In this document: positions 10,820 through 18,469 of the stretch, piece by piece | How positions within the stretch are numbered: position 1 is the first letter of the stretch | How the letters are laid out: each line of letters begins with the position of its first letter | Assembly: GCA_900769035.1 (NCBI GenBank) | Contig: CAAGFD010000017.1 | Location: 1-25,932, forward strand | Direction: 5' to 3' | Source of the DNA: Bacteroidales bacterium | Lineage (GTDB): Bacteria; Bacteroidota; Bacteroidia; Bacteroidales; Paludibacteraceae | DNA: 25,932 nt | The notes under the pieces: model-generated | Database searches by the model: none | The model's input: the letters and a program-made list of their open reading frames with translations, nothing else | Told to the model about the DNA's origin: nothing | Program-made: the position numbers and the translations under genes

Positions 10820-10858
10820 AAAAAAAGAGGAGAAGTTTATTCACATAAAATTCTCCTC
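10820..10858 (-). terminator. Intrinsic terminator of the TonB-dependent receptor gene
   Basis: GAGGAGAA (10827-10834) / TTCTCCTC (10851-10858) stem with inner TTTAT/ATAAA pairing and an A-run on its left. Confidence 0.75.
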
Positions 10859-10943
10859 CTCAAAAGTTTGTTACTAACTTAAAATGATTATGTTATGAAA
10901 ATGATTGTGTTGAAGAGTTGTGGTTGTCCACTATTATTCTTAT

Positions 10944-13445
10944 TTAATACGAATCGCTCATATCGTCATAGTCGCTTCCGGAATTCATGTTGTTATTGCC
11001 TCTGTCGGTAGATTTTCTCTTTCCTTGTATGTTTCCGAAATTATAGGTAAGAGAAAGAGAGAATGTAGTGCCGCGAGGGATGAATTCGGAATATTGCCAG
11101 AAATTATCACCGTAAGTGGTACTTGCCCAACGGCGAGAGTTCAAAAGGTCGCGCACGGTGAACGACAAGTTAAGAGTACGGTTGAGGAAGCTCTTGCGAA
11201 GACCGAGGTCGATAGAGTAGTCGCTACGACTTGTGCCTTGTGCCACCACTCTTGGAGAGCGGTAACCGCCGGTGAGCTGTGCCGAGAAATTCTTAGGCAT
11301 TATAAAGTTAGCCATCAGGCTGATATCCCATGAGAAGTTGTTTTGTGCTTCGTAGAGTAAATCCGGGTTGCCATCGAGGTCGGTATCATAATATACGTCG
11401 TTCATCATAGAGTAATACCCGTTTACGGTGGTAGTCAGGTTTACCCATTTGCATAATTTATTTTTTGAAACGAGCTCGATTCCAAGGGATTGACGTTTGG
11501 AGATATTTTCAAAAGTAGTGTACATCACGTTATTAGCATCCAAATATCGTACTCTTTCGATGACGTTGTCAGAGAATCCGTAGTAGATGCTTGCACTAAG
11601 GGCATGATTGTCCCAGGTTTTGATGTAATTCAGTTCTACGGCAGAAGATATTTCAGGGTCGAGGAGCGGGTTACCGAATTCGATATTTGTTGAGTCGCTT
11701 GTATTACGGAACGAGTTGAGTTGGCGACCGCGCGGGCGATTGATTCGGCGAGTGTAGTTGGCTTGCAGTTCGTGGTTGTTCTTGAACGCATAAGAGAGGA
11801 AAACAGTAGGGTACACCTCCCAGTATTGGCGATTGGTGTATGTGTAGTTGCCGTTTTCGTCGTCACGGGTGGCTACTTGTGTGTTTGTATATTCTGTTCT
11901 AAGGCCTGCCGACATACTGAAACCGCCGAATTTTGCACCGTAGGTGGCATAGAAGGCGCCTATCCATTCGTTATAAGTGAAGTCGTTATATTGTTCAAGG
12001 TGTTGAGTGCCATCGGGCATTTCGTTCCAAGTGCGGGATGGAGAGAATCTGTTATCCCATTTTCCATACAGTCCGGCTTCCAACTTCATGTTAGTGCCGA
12101 ATTTTTGAGTGTAGTCTACTTTTGCTTCGGCATGTTGGTTTTTACCATTGGAGCGTTGTATTTGGTTATATTCCGGCATACTGCCTTTTTGTACTGTTTG
12201 AGTGTAGTAATAATCGCCGGAGCGTTGGTGCCCGCCATAAGAGATACCGGCACGGATTTCCGATCCTTTACTATCTATTTCGTATAAATAGTCGAGACCG
12301 ACATTGTATGAAGGGTGCATACCTTTTTGAGAGTTAGAGCGATTATAGATAGTGGTGTCTAAGGCAGCCCAAGCCACTTGAGTGTAGTCGGTAGAATTCA
12401 ACGATTTATTCATACCGCCGTGACCCATGAGTGAGATGCTGAGGGTGTTTTTCTTGTCGAGGTGGAAGTCGGCACCCATTCGGGCAAATAAGCCACCGCC
12501 AATTCTGTCGCCTTTGGTAGTGTTGTTGAGGAATGAAACGGTATCGAGCATATTGGTGCCGGGAGTAAAGGAATAACGGTCGGTAAGGCTTCTGCTTGTA
12601 TTGTTCATCAAGCGGAACCCGATATTTGCATAAAAGTCGACTTTAGATGAGTTGTAGTTGAAGTTGAAACCGACATTTCCTTCCGGTTTGCCGTATATGT
12701 TGATGTTACCGCCGAGAGTTACGGAGCCGTAATAACCAGCGTTACGGTCTTTTTTCAGTACGAGGTTGATGATACCGGCAGTACCTTCCGGGTTGAATTT
12801 AGCAGAAGGGTTTGTTATCACCTCTACCGATTCTATGCTACCTGCCGGCATTTGTTCCAGTATTTGAGCACGGTTATCTTCCGTGAGGCCGCTCGGTTTA
12901 CCGTTTATCCAAACCTCTACGCTACTGCTGTTACGGAGCGAAACGTTACCTTCGTTATCGACCTCTACAGAAGGGATGTTTTGAAGCATTTCGGAAGCAG
13001 AGGCACCGCTTGAAGCCAGGTTTTGGTCTACATTGAATACCTTTTTGTCGATATCAAAGCGCATTTGGCTGGCTTGTCCTATCACTTCCACTTGTTCAAG
13101 CATTTGAGCATCTTCTTTTAATGTGATCTCTTTTACTGTGATTTTCTGGTCGTTAGAAGTTACTGTAACATTGGTTACGAACGATTGATAGCCGATAAAA
13201 GATGCTTCAAGAATGTATTCGCCCGGCGATACATTATTTATTATATAGTTTCCTATCGTGTCGGTTATGGAACCTAAAAATATGGATTTGTTGTCTTTTT
13301 GAGTGAGAGAAACGGTGACAAATTCGAGGTCTTCACCTCTTTTGTCCGAGATATGACCCTTTACTACAGCTGCCATAATGCTGTTACAGATAGAGGCTAT
13401 TGTCAGTAAGCTTATCAGTGAATATAAACGGATGTGTCTGTTCAT
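10944..13445 (-). CDS. TonB-dependent receptor / outer-membrane beta-barrel protein with N-terminal carboxypeptidase-regulatory-like domain
   Basis: 833 aa; signal peptide, GEYILEASFIGY, plug motifs LQNIPSVEVD and IESVEVITNPSAKF..EGTAGIINLVLKK, barrel GNPLLDPE, C-terminal LSLTYNFG. Confidence 0.9.
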   Translation of the reverse strand: MNRHIRLYSLISLLTIASICNSIMAAVVKGHISDKRGEDLEFVTVSLTQKDNKSIFLGSITDTIGNYIINNVSPGEYILEASFIGYQSFVTNVTVTSNDQKITVKEITLKEDAQMLEQVEVIGQASQMRFDIDKKVFNVDQNLASSGASASEMLQNIPSVEVDNEGNVSLRNSSSVEVWINGKPSGLTEDNRAQILEQMPAGSIESVEVITNPSAKFNPEGTAGIINLVLKKDRNAGYYGSVTLGGNINIYGKPEGNVGFNFNYNSSKVDFYANIGFRLMNNTSRSLTDRYSFTPGTNMLDTVSFLNNTTKGDRIGGGLFARMGADFHLDKKNTLSISLMGHGGMNKSLNSTDYTQVAWAALDTTIYNRSNSQKGMHPSYNVGLDYLYEIDSKGSEIRAGISYGGHQRSGDYYYTQTVQKGSMPEYNQIQRSNGKNQHAEAKVDYTQKFGTNMKLEAGLYGKWDNRFSPSRTWNEMPDGTQHLEQYNDFTYNEWIGAFYATYGAKFGGFSMSAGLRTEYTNTQVATRDDENGNYTYTNRQYWEVYPTVFLSYAFKNNHELQANYTRRINRPRGRQLNSFRNTSDSTNIEFGNPLLDPEISSAVELNYIKTWDNHALSASIYYGFSDNVIERVRYLDANNVMYTTFENISKRQSLGIELVSKNKLCKWVNLTTTVNGYYSMMNDVYYDTDLDGNPDLLYEAQNNFSWDISLMANFIMPKNFSAQLTGGYRSPRVVAQGTSRSDYSIDLGLRKSFLNRTLNLSFTVRDLLNSRRWASTTYGDNFWQYSEFIPRGTTFSLSLTYNFGNIQGKRKSTDRGNNNMNSGSDYDDMSDSY

Positions 13446-13608
13446 TTTTGTCTTTATTTATTCCACACCCATAGACAGGATTTTTTTGTTTGAGTTTAAT
13501 CCGTATTACGCATTTTTCGTATTTTTTTGTTGTTTTTAATTTTTGATAATATTTTATTGGTTCGAATAAATCGGTTTGGATATATCGAACGCTACCTCTC
13601 TAAAATAG

Positions 13609-14628
13609 TTATCTGTTATTTTTGAAATATTTTTTTTGAGCGTCAATGAAAGCGGCCTCGAAATTTAGAATAGCGATTCGGGAAGTTTTTTTACGAGGTG
13701 ATAACATATCAAATGCGTGATACATACCTTGATAGATATCTATTTTTGCATCGATATCGGCGGCTTTCAGGGCGGAAATATAGTCGATAGTCTCTTTGTA
13801 AAACGGCTCGTCAGTGCAGATAAAGGTGTAAGCAGGGGGAAGATTCTTATAATCGGTTTGTCGTGCCGGAGCGGCATAGACGGGCACACTATCGGTGCCG
13901 TATAGCGGACCGAGATACTTTTTCCAGCCGTAATGATTTCGTTTTGTATTCCAAACTTTATCGTGATTATCTCGCGATGATTCCGTGTCACGGTCGTCAA
14001 TCATGGGGTATAGAGGCATTTGAAAGGCTATGTTAACTTCTTGTTTGTCACGGGCTAACATACATATAGCTATGGCAAGTCCACCGCCGGCACTCTCTCC
14101 GCACACAAAAATTTGGTTTGGATTGATGCCCAATTCTTCGGCGTGTGACACCATATATTTTAGAGCATCGTAGCAGTCGTTCAGCGCGTTAGGGTATCTT
14201 CCTTTTTTGCCGAGGCGATATTCGGGGCTGACTACTACAGCGCCATACTTCTTTACCAACGACGGTGCACGTCCCATGATTCCCGCCATAGATGCCATGC
14301 CCGTGACGTATCCGCCTCCGTGTATCCAAAGCACCCCTGTGGCGTTATTTATAGTGCTGTCTGCTTGAGAATTCAAATTTTTATTGTCGGCGTTCGAGGC
14401 GCTTTCTTGGGTATTCACATCATTTTTTTTCGGACTATAAACCAATATCTTCATTTTTCCTCCATCGGAACGCTCGATAAAAATTTTTTTCTTTTTCATC
14501 TTCATCTCGGTATATTGCTCCGTTTGTGGAACTCTATTTCTTGTAATGCTGTCTTCAATAATCGTGTTTGCACGAATAATAGATATTATTATCAAAGAGA
14601 TTATCAGAGTCGTTAGTCTTATTTTCAT
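13609..14628 (-). CDS. Alpha/beta hydrolase of the HSL (GDXG) esterase family, probably exported
   Basis: 339 aa; hydrophobic N-terminus, IHGGGY, YRL, GESAGG nucleophile motif, YPMIDDR, HAFD; starts 6 nt after the aroQ stop. Confidence 0.9.
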   Translation of the reverse strand: MKIRLTTLIISLIIISIIRANTIIEDSITRNRVPQTEQYTEMKMKKKKIFIERSDGGKMKILVYSPKKNDVNTQESASNADNKNLNSQADSTINNATGVLWIHGGGYVTGMASMAGIMGRAPSLVKKYGAVVVSPEYRLGKKGRYPNALNDCYDALKYMVSHAEELGINPNQIFVCGESAGGGLAIAICMLARDKQEVNIAFQMPLYPMIDDRDTESSRDNHDKVWNTKRNHYGWKKYLGPLYGTDSVPVYAAPARQTDYKNLPPAYTFICTDEPFYKETIDYISALKAADIDAKIDIYQGMYHAFDMLSPRKKTSRIAILNFEAAFIDAQKKYFKNNR

Positions 14629-14634
14629 AGTAAT

Positions 14635-15084
14635 TCAGCGGATATTCGGGGGCATCTTCTCATCTGTTCGATTTACAAAATAATCTACAGCCATAGCGTA
14701 TCCTTTCAGTCCGAAGCCGGAGATAATGCCGATGCTATGTGGTGCGATGAGGGAAGTGTGACGAAATTCTTCGCGAGCGAGAATGTTGGAGATGTGCACC
14801 TCCACCACCGGGGTTTTGATGGCAGCAACGGCGTCTGCTATCGCTACGGAGGTATGGGTATATCCGCCTGCGTTTATGATTATGCCGTCGGCACTAAAGC
14901 CGTATTGTTGGAGCCAATTGATGATTTCGCCCTCTACATTACTTTGCAGAGAAACGATATCAACTTGAGGAAACTCTTTTTTTAGAGAATCCATCATATT
15001 TTCCAAAGTTTGATTACCATAAATCTCCGGCTCCCTCGTACCCAATAAATTCAGATTCGGACCGTTAATGATTACTATCTTCAT
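14635..15084 (-). CDS. aroQ: Type II 3-dehydroquinate dehydratase
   Basis: 149 aa; INGPNLNLLGTREPEIYG, QSNVEG, INAGGYTHTSVAIADA, VEVHISN...REEFRH. Confidence 0.97.
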   Translation of the reverse strand: MKIVIINGPNLNLLGTREPEIYGNQTLENMMDSLKKEFPQVDIVSLQSNVEGEIINWLQQYGFSADGIIINAGGYTHTSVAIADAVAAIKTPVVEVHISNILAREEFRHTSLIAPHSIGIISGFGLKGYAMAVDYFVNRTDEKMPPNIR

Positions 15085-15127
15085 ATACTGCTTTTCCTTT
15101 ATAAATAGAATTCTTTTCTTGACGATA

Positions 15128-15135
15128 CAAAGGTA
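15128..15135 (-). promoter_or_regulatory. Bacteroidetes -7 promoter box for aroQ
   Basis: CAAAGGTA on + reads TACCTTTG on -, 43 nt upstream of the start. Confidence 0.6.
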
Positions 15136-15158
15136 CTCAATTATTTTCTACTAAAAGC

Positions 15159-15200
15159 AAAAAATCCATATTTTGCAGTCGTTGATTGCAAAATATGGAT
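15159..15200 (-). terminator. Intrinsic terminator-like hairpin at the left edge of the island
   Basis: 14-bp perfect inverted repeat ATCCATATTTTGCA (15164-15177) / TGCAAAATATGGAT (15187-15200), with an A-run on its left. Confidence 0.7.
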
Positions 15201-15284
15201 AAGCATTTATATAGATAAGCCTATATATTTACATAGGCTTTTACCCAATTCAGTTTTAGATTTTCCAAGCAGTGATTGGAAAAT

Positions 15285-15419
15285 CTACTTTATATCCCCC
15301 AGCATCCCTTTGATTTGCTTATCGAAGTCAGAGTCGATACGTTGTGTCTTGTTGAAAATATCATATTCACTTTCAGCCTTTTCTTTGGCTTGTGCGACAG
15401 AAATACGTCCTTTGTCGGA
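15285..15419 (-). pseudogene. rhuM: C-terminal fragment of a RhuM-family gene (not in the ORF track)
   Basis: Manual translation 15419->15285: SDKGRISVAQAKEKAESEYDIFNKTQRIDSDFDKQIKGMLGDIK*, matching the RhuM C-terminal pattern GxIS..QA..KA..EY..F......SDFD; no in-frame ATG before the upstream stop at 15462-15464. Confidence 0.8.
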
Positions 15420-15449
15420 GTGGTTGGCATCAACTTGCGGATTATTTCG

Positions 15450-15457
15450 TAACTTTG
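15450..15457 (+). promoter_or_regulatory. Bacteroidetes -7 promoter box for the RhuM-Fic gene / inserted block
   Basis: TAACTTTG about 30 nt inside the left junction and 70 nt before the ATG at 15528. Confidence 0.55.
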
Positions 15458-15527
15458 TGTTCTAAAATAGCGCGCATATGGCAAATAAAGACCTAATCTT
15501 CCAACAATGTTAATATGATAAGACAGA

Positions 15528-16553
15528 ATGAGTATGACAGAGAATAGAATAATTGCGAATAACGGGTCGTCTATTGTACTCTATACAACAGAAGATGGCA
15601 ATACCCAACTTGAAGTGAAGTTAGAGAAAGATACCGTGTGGCTTACACAAAGCCAGATGGCAGAATTATTTGGAAGAGACCGATCTGTAATAGCTCGCCA
15701 TATAAGAAACATATTTAAAGAGGGAGAACTAGATAAAACCTTGGTATGTGCAAAAAATGCACAACCCAAGAAATATGGTCGGCGAGATAATTATATCCAG
15801 TTATCCGAAACAATATACTATAATCTTGACGTAATCATATCTGTAGGTTATAGGGTTAAGAGTATTAATGGCACAAAATTTAGGATTTGGGCTTCAGCCC
15901 TTATCAAACAGTACCTTATCAAAGGCTATGTTATCGACCAACGTCGCCTCGACCACTATAACGAATTGAAAGATGTAGTGCGGTTGATGTCTCGTGCCCT
16001 TACTCTCCAAGACAAGGTTTCAGAGGGAGAATATACCGGTCTGTTCAATGTTATTTCCGATTATGTCTATGCCCTAGATACGCTCGACCGCTACGACTAT
16101 CAGTCTTTGGACATTGAGAAGACGACAAAAGAAGAACCTTTCCGTGCCACCTATGAGAATGCCATGGGTGCCATCAATGCATTGAAGGTGAAGTTTGGTG
16201 GTAGCCAATGGTTTGCCAACGAGAAAGATGATTCGTTTAAAAGTAGCATCGGGCAGATTTACCAGACATTTGGTGGTGAAGACCTCTACCCGTCAGTAGA
16301 GGAAAAGGCTGCCATGCTACTTTATCTCGTAGTGAAGAATCATTCGTTCAGCGACGGAAACAAACGTATTGCAGCCATGCTCTTCCTGTGGTTTATGGAG
16401 AAGAACGGAATCCTTTATTCCGCAGACGGCAGAAAGCGTATAGCAGACAACACTCTCGTTGCCCTGACATTGATGATTGCCGAGAGCCGTACGGAAGAGA
16501 AAGATGTCATGGTGAAAGTCGTGGTCAATCTTATCAACAAGGACAATCAATAA
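15528..16553 (+). CDS. RhuM/Fic/DOC family protein (RhuM-like N-terminal domain plus Fido domain)
   Basis: 341 aa; N-terminal TVWLTQSQMAELF...I.RHIRNIFKEGEL and YNLDVIISVGYRVKS..G.KFRIWA; C-terminal YPSVEEKAAMLLY and Doc-type motif HSFSDGNKRIA. Confidence 0.9.
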   Translation: MSMTENRIIANNGSSIVLYTTEDGNTQLEVKLEKDTVWLTQSQMAELFGRDRSVIARHIRNIFKEGELDKTLVCAKNAQPKKYGRRDNYIQLSETIYYNLDVIISVGYRVKSINGTKFRIWASALIKQYLIKGYVIDQRRLDHYNELKDVVRLMSRALTLQDKVSEGEYTGLFNVISDYVYALDTLDRYDYQSLDIEKTTKEEPFRATYENAMGAINALKVKFGGSQWFANEKDDSFKSSIGQIYQTFGGEDLYPSVEEKAAMLLYLVVKNHSFSDGNKRIAAMLFLWFMEKNGILYSADGRKRIADNTLVALTLMIAESRTEEKDVMVKVVVNLINKDNQ

Positions 16554-16569
16554 GTAATATTATGCAAAT

Positions 16570-16715
16570 GACTTATTGTTCGTTTTTTACAGACGTTTTG
16601 ACTTTGTATTCATCTTTCTTACGCAGAATGGTTCTAACAAACAAGTCTCTCCTCTTGCTCGTTCGTTAGTTGTCGCTATGGCATAACATAGGGATAGTTG
16701 GGTTTTGCTCATTTG
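16570..16715. repeat. Copy A of a 146-bp structured intergenic repeat (REP/MITE-like element or ncRNA)
   Basis: Aligns in direct orientation with 23471-23616; 43/46 identity over 16642-16687 vs 23544-23589, including a 25-nt exact match. Confidence 0.8.
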
Positions 16716-16851
16716 GCTTATCAAGAATATTTCGTTTTTAAGTGTACGCTTAAGGGTAAACATACGTATAAAATAATGACAAGATAGCATACGAACGGTA
16801 TGAAGATGAATTTTATTAGGAAAAAAATTAACTATATATTTTAATATTATT

Positions 16852-17736
16852 ATGAATAAAGACATTATTACTACAATCCAAGCTTTGTTATCAGGGCGTA
16901 ATGAAGATTTTGACCAAGCAAACAAAAGGCGAGTGAAATTAATTCGTCATAAGGATAATAGTAAAGAAAAAGTTATAGATAGCAAAACATACAAGGAATC
17001 TCTGTTCGATTTATACCTTAATGAAAACGCAGTATTCTTGGAATATCAAAGTGAACAATTAAGAAAGAACTTCGAAAAAATAGATTATATTGTGTCTTTT
17101 ATAGGAGAAGAAGGTATCACATCAAGATTTCTTGGTGTTTATAAGAATAATGGTGTTATAGCAGAATTAGGTCTTTATAAAGGAGAAGAGTTAGTGAAAT
17201 TTGATTTTCAAGAATTGTCAGGCTTTGAATTGTTAAAAGAACGAATAGTTATTGACTGGAAAAGCCCTGTTATGTGGCATCAATATTACGAGAATGAGAT
17301 GCCAGTTGTTCGTATAGATAGAGGATTGACAGAAAATCATATCCCTGTATTCAAAAGTTTTGAAGATGTTGTGTTGGATTACAACCAACTTAAACGAATA
17401 TTTGAAACTAATAATGCGGAATGGAAATCGAAATTGGAGAGTTGCAACGGAATCTATATGATATTGGATAAAAAATGTGGTAGACAATATGTTGGATCTA
17501 CATACAATAGAGATGGCATTTGGGGACGTTGGAAGCAATACGTAGAAACAGGACATGGAGGCGACAAAGATTTGAAACCGCCGCTGGCTGATGATAGTAA
17601 CTATGCTGCAAAGTATTTCCAATGGTGTATTCTCGAAACACTTCCATTAAAGATATTGGAAGACCAAGCCATAGACAGAGAGTCCTTATATAAACGTAAA
17701 TTTGGGACAAGAGAATTTGGTTATAATAATAATTAA
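16852..17736 (+). CDS. GIY-YIG nuclease family protein (uncharacterised N-terminal domain, C-terminal GIY-YIG domain)
   Basis: 294 aa; GIYMILD....RQYVGS, GIWGRW..Y..TGHGG, RESLYKRKF...EFGYNNN; the expected catalytic Tyr/Arg/Glu/Asn positions are present. Confidence 0.88.
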   Translation: MNKDIITTIQALLSGRNEDFDQANKRRVKLIRHKDNSKEKVIDSKTYKESLFDLYLNENAVFLEYQSEQLRKNFEKIDYIVSFIGEEGITSRFLGVYKNNGVIAELGLYKGEELVKFDFQELSGFELLKERIVIDWKSPVMWHQYYENEMPVVRIDRGLTENHIPVFKSFEDVVLDYNQLKRIFETNNAEWKSKLESCNGIYMILDKKCGRQYVGSTYNRDGIWGRWKQYVETGHGGDKDLKPPLADDSNYAAKYFQWCILETLPLKILEDQAIDRESLYKRKFGTREFGYNNN

Positions 17737-17749
17737 TCAAAAAACAACT

Positions 17750-18469
17750 ATGAGCAATATGAAAAATAATATGCGCTCTGTACTCGAGTCTTTTCAAGGT
17801 GTAGCAGAGATTAAAAACGAGAAAGAGAAACTTTTAAGTCTTTCTTCTCAGTTCGAAACAATTGCCAGGGAGGTTCTCCTTGGAGGATGTTTCGATATTA
17901 ATGGAGTGCGGAGAATTTATCCTCTTGAAATAGAATTCTATTACCATGAAGAGGGTGAGAATGGCTTGAAAGACCATATTATGTATCATACTAATGACCA
18001 TGAAGGGAAACCACTTGCCTATTATTCCTTAGGAACTTTAAATTGTCATATCTCAGGCATAGATGTTACTTTTGAGAATAAAGAAAAGCAATATAGGGCA
18101 TCTTTCTTGATTAGGGAATATAGAGTATGCGAATACGAGTCTGGCGCGTGGTTGGAAAAGAAAGTTCGTGAGAAACGTCCTACCTATCTCTACGAAGATA
18201 TGTTTATGAATATCTCATTTTTTGATGGTATAACCATTAAATGGGTATCAGGAGACCCTGTAAATCTAACCAAGGAAATATGTCGTAAACAGAGAGTTCA
18301 TGTGGCTGAATATAAAAGGAATAATGATAACAAAGTCATAAAAGTCGAAATAACAAAAGATGAATACGACAAACTATCAGATATAGAGCAACAGGAATAC
18401 TTTTCATATTCTGGAAAGAAACTGAAAAAGTGCAAACGAATGTGGAATTATTCTATTATAAATGATTAG
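17750..18469 (+). CDS. Hypothetical protein with AAG/MPG (3-methyladenine DNA glycosylase)-like motifs
   Basis: ATG at 17750 preferred over TTG at 17702 (13 nt after the GIY-YIG stop, A-rich leader); 239 aa; LLG..., EIEFY...D....H and ASFLIR resemble the AAG motifs LLG, ETEAY...D...H and AVLIR. The CDS is well supported; the product is tentative. Confidence 0.6.
   Translation: MSNMKNNMRSVLESFQGVAEIKNEKEKLLSLSSQFETIAREVLLGGCFDINGVRRIYPLEIEFYYHEEGENGLKDHIMYHTNDHEGKPLAYYSLGTLNCHISGIDVTFENKEKQYRASFLIREYRVCEYESGAWLEKKVREKRPTYLYEDMFMNISFFDGITIKWVSGDPVNLTKEICRKQRVHVAEYKRNNDNKVIKVEITKDEYDKLSDIEQQEYFSYSGKKLKKCKRMWNYSIIND

Noticed and set aside
15290..15484. 64-aa minus-strand ORF in the track
   Set aside because: Wrong frame; the meaningful translation here is the RhuM C-terminus in another frame (15419->15285)
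16587..16925. 112-aa minus-strand ORF over repeat copy A
   Set aside because: It overlaps the GIY-YIG start and a repeat that looks non-coding; no motifs
17702..17749. TTG start for the middle operon gene
   Set aside because: It would overlap the GIY-YIG gene by 35 nt; the ATG at 17750 with an A-rich leader is more plausible
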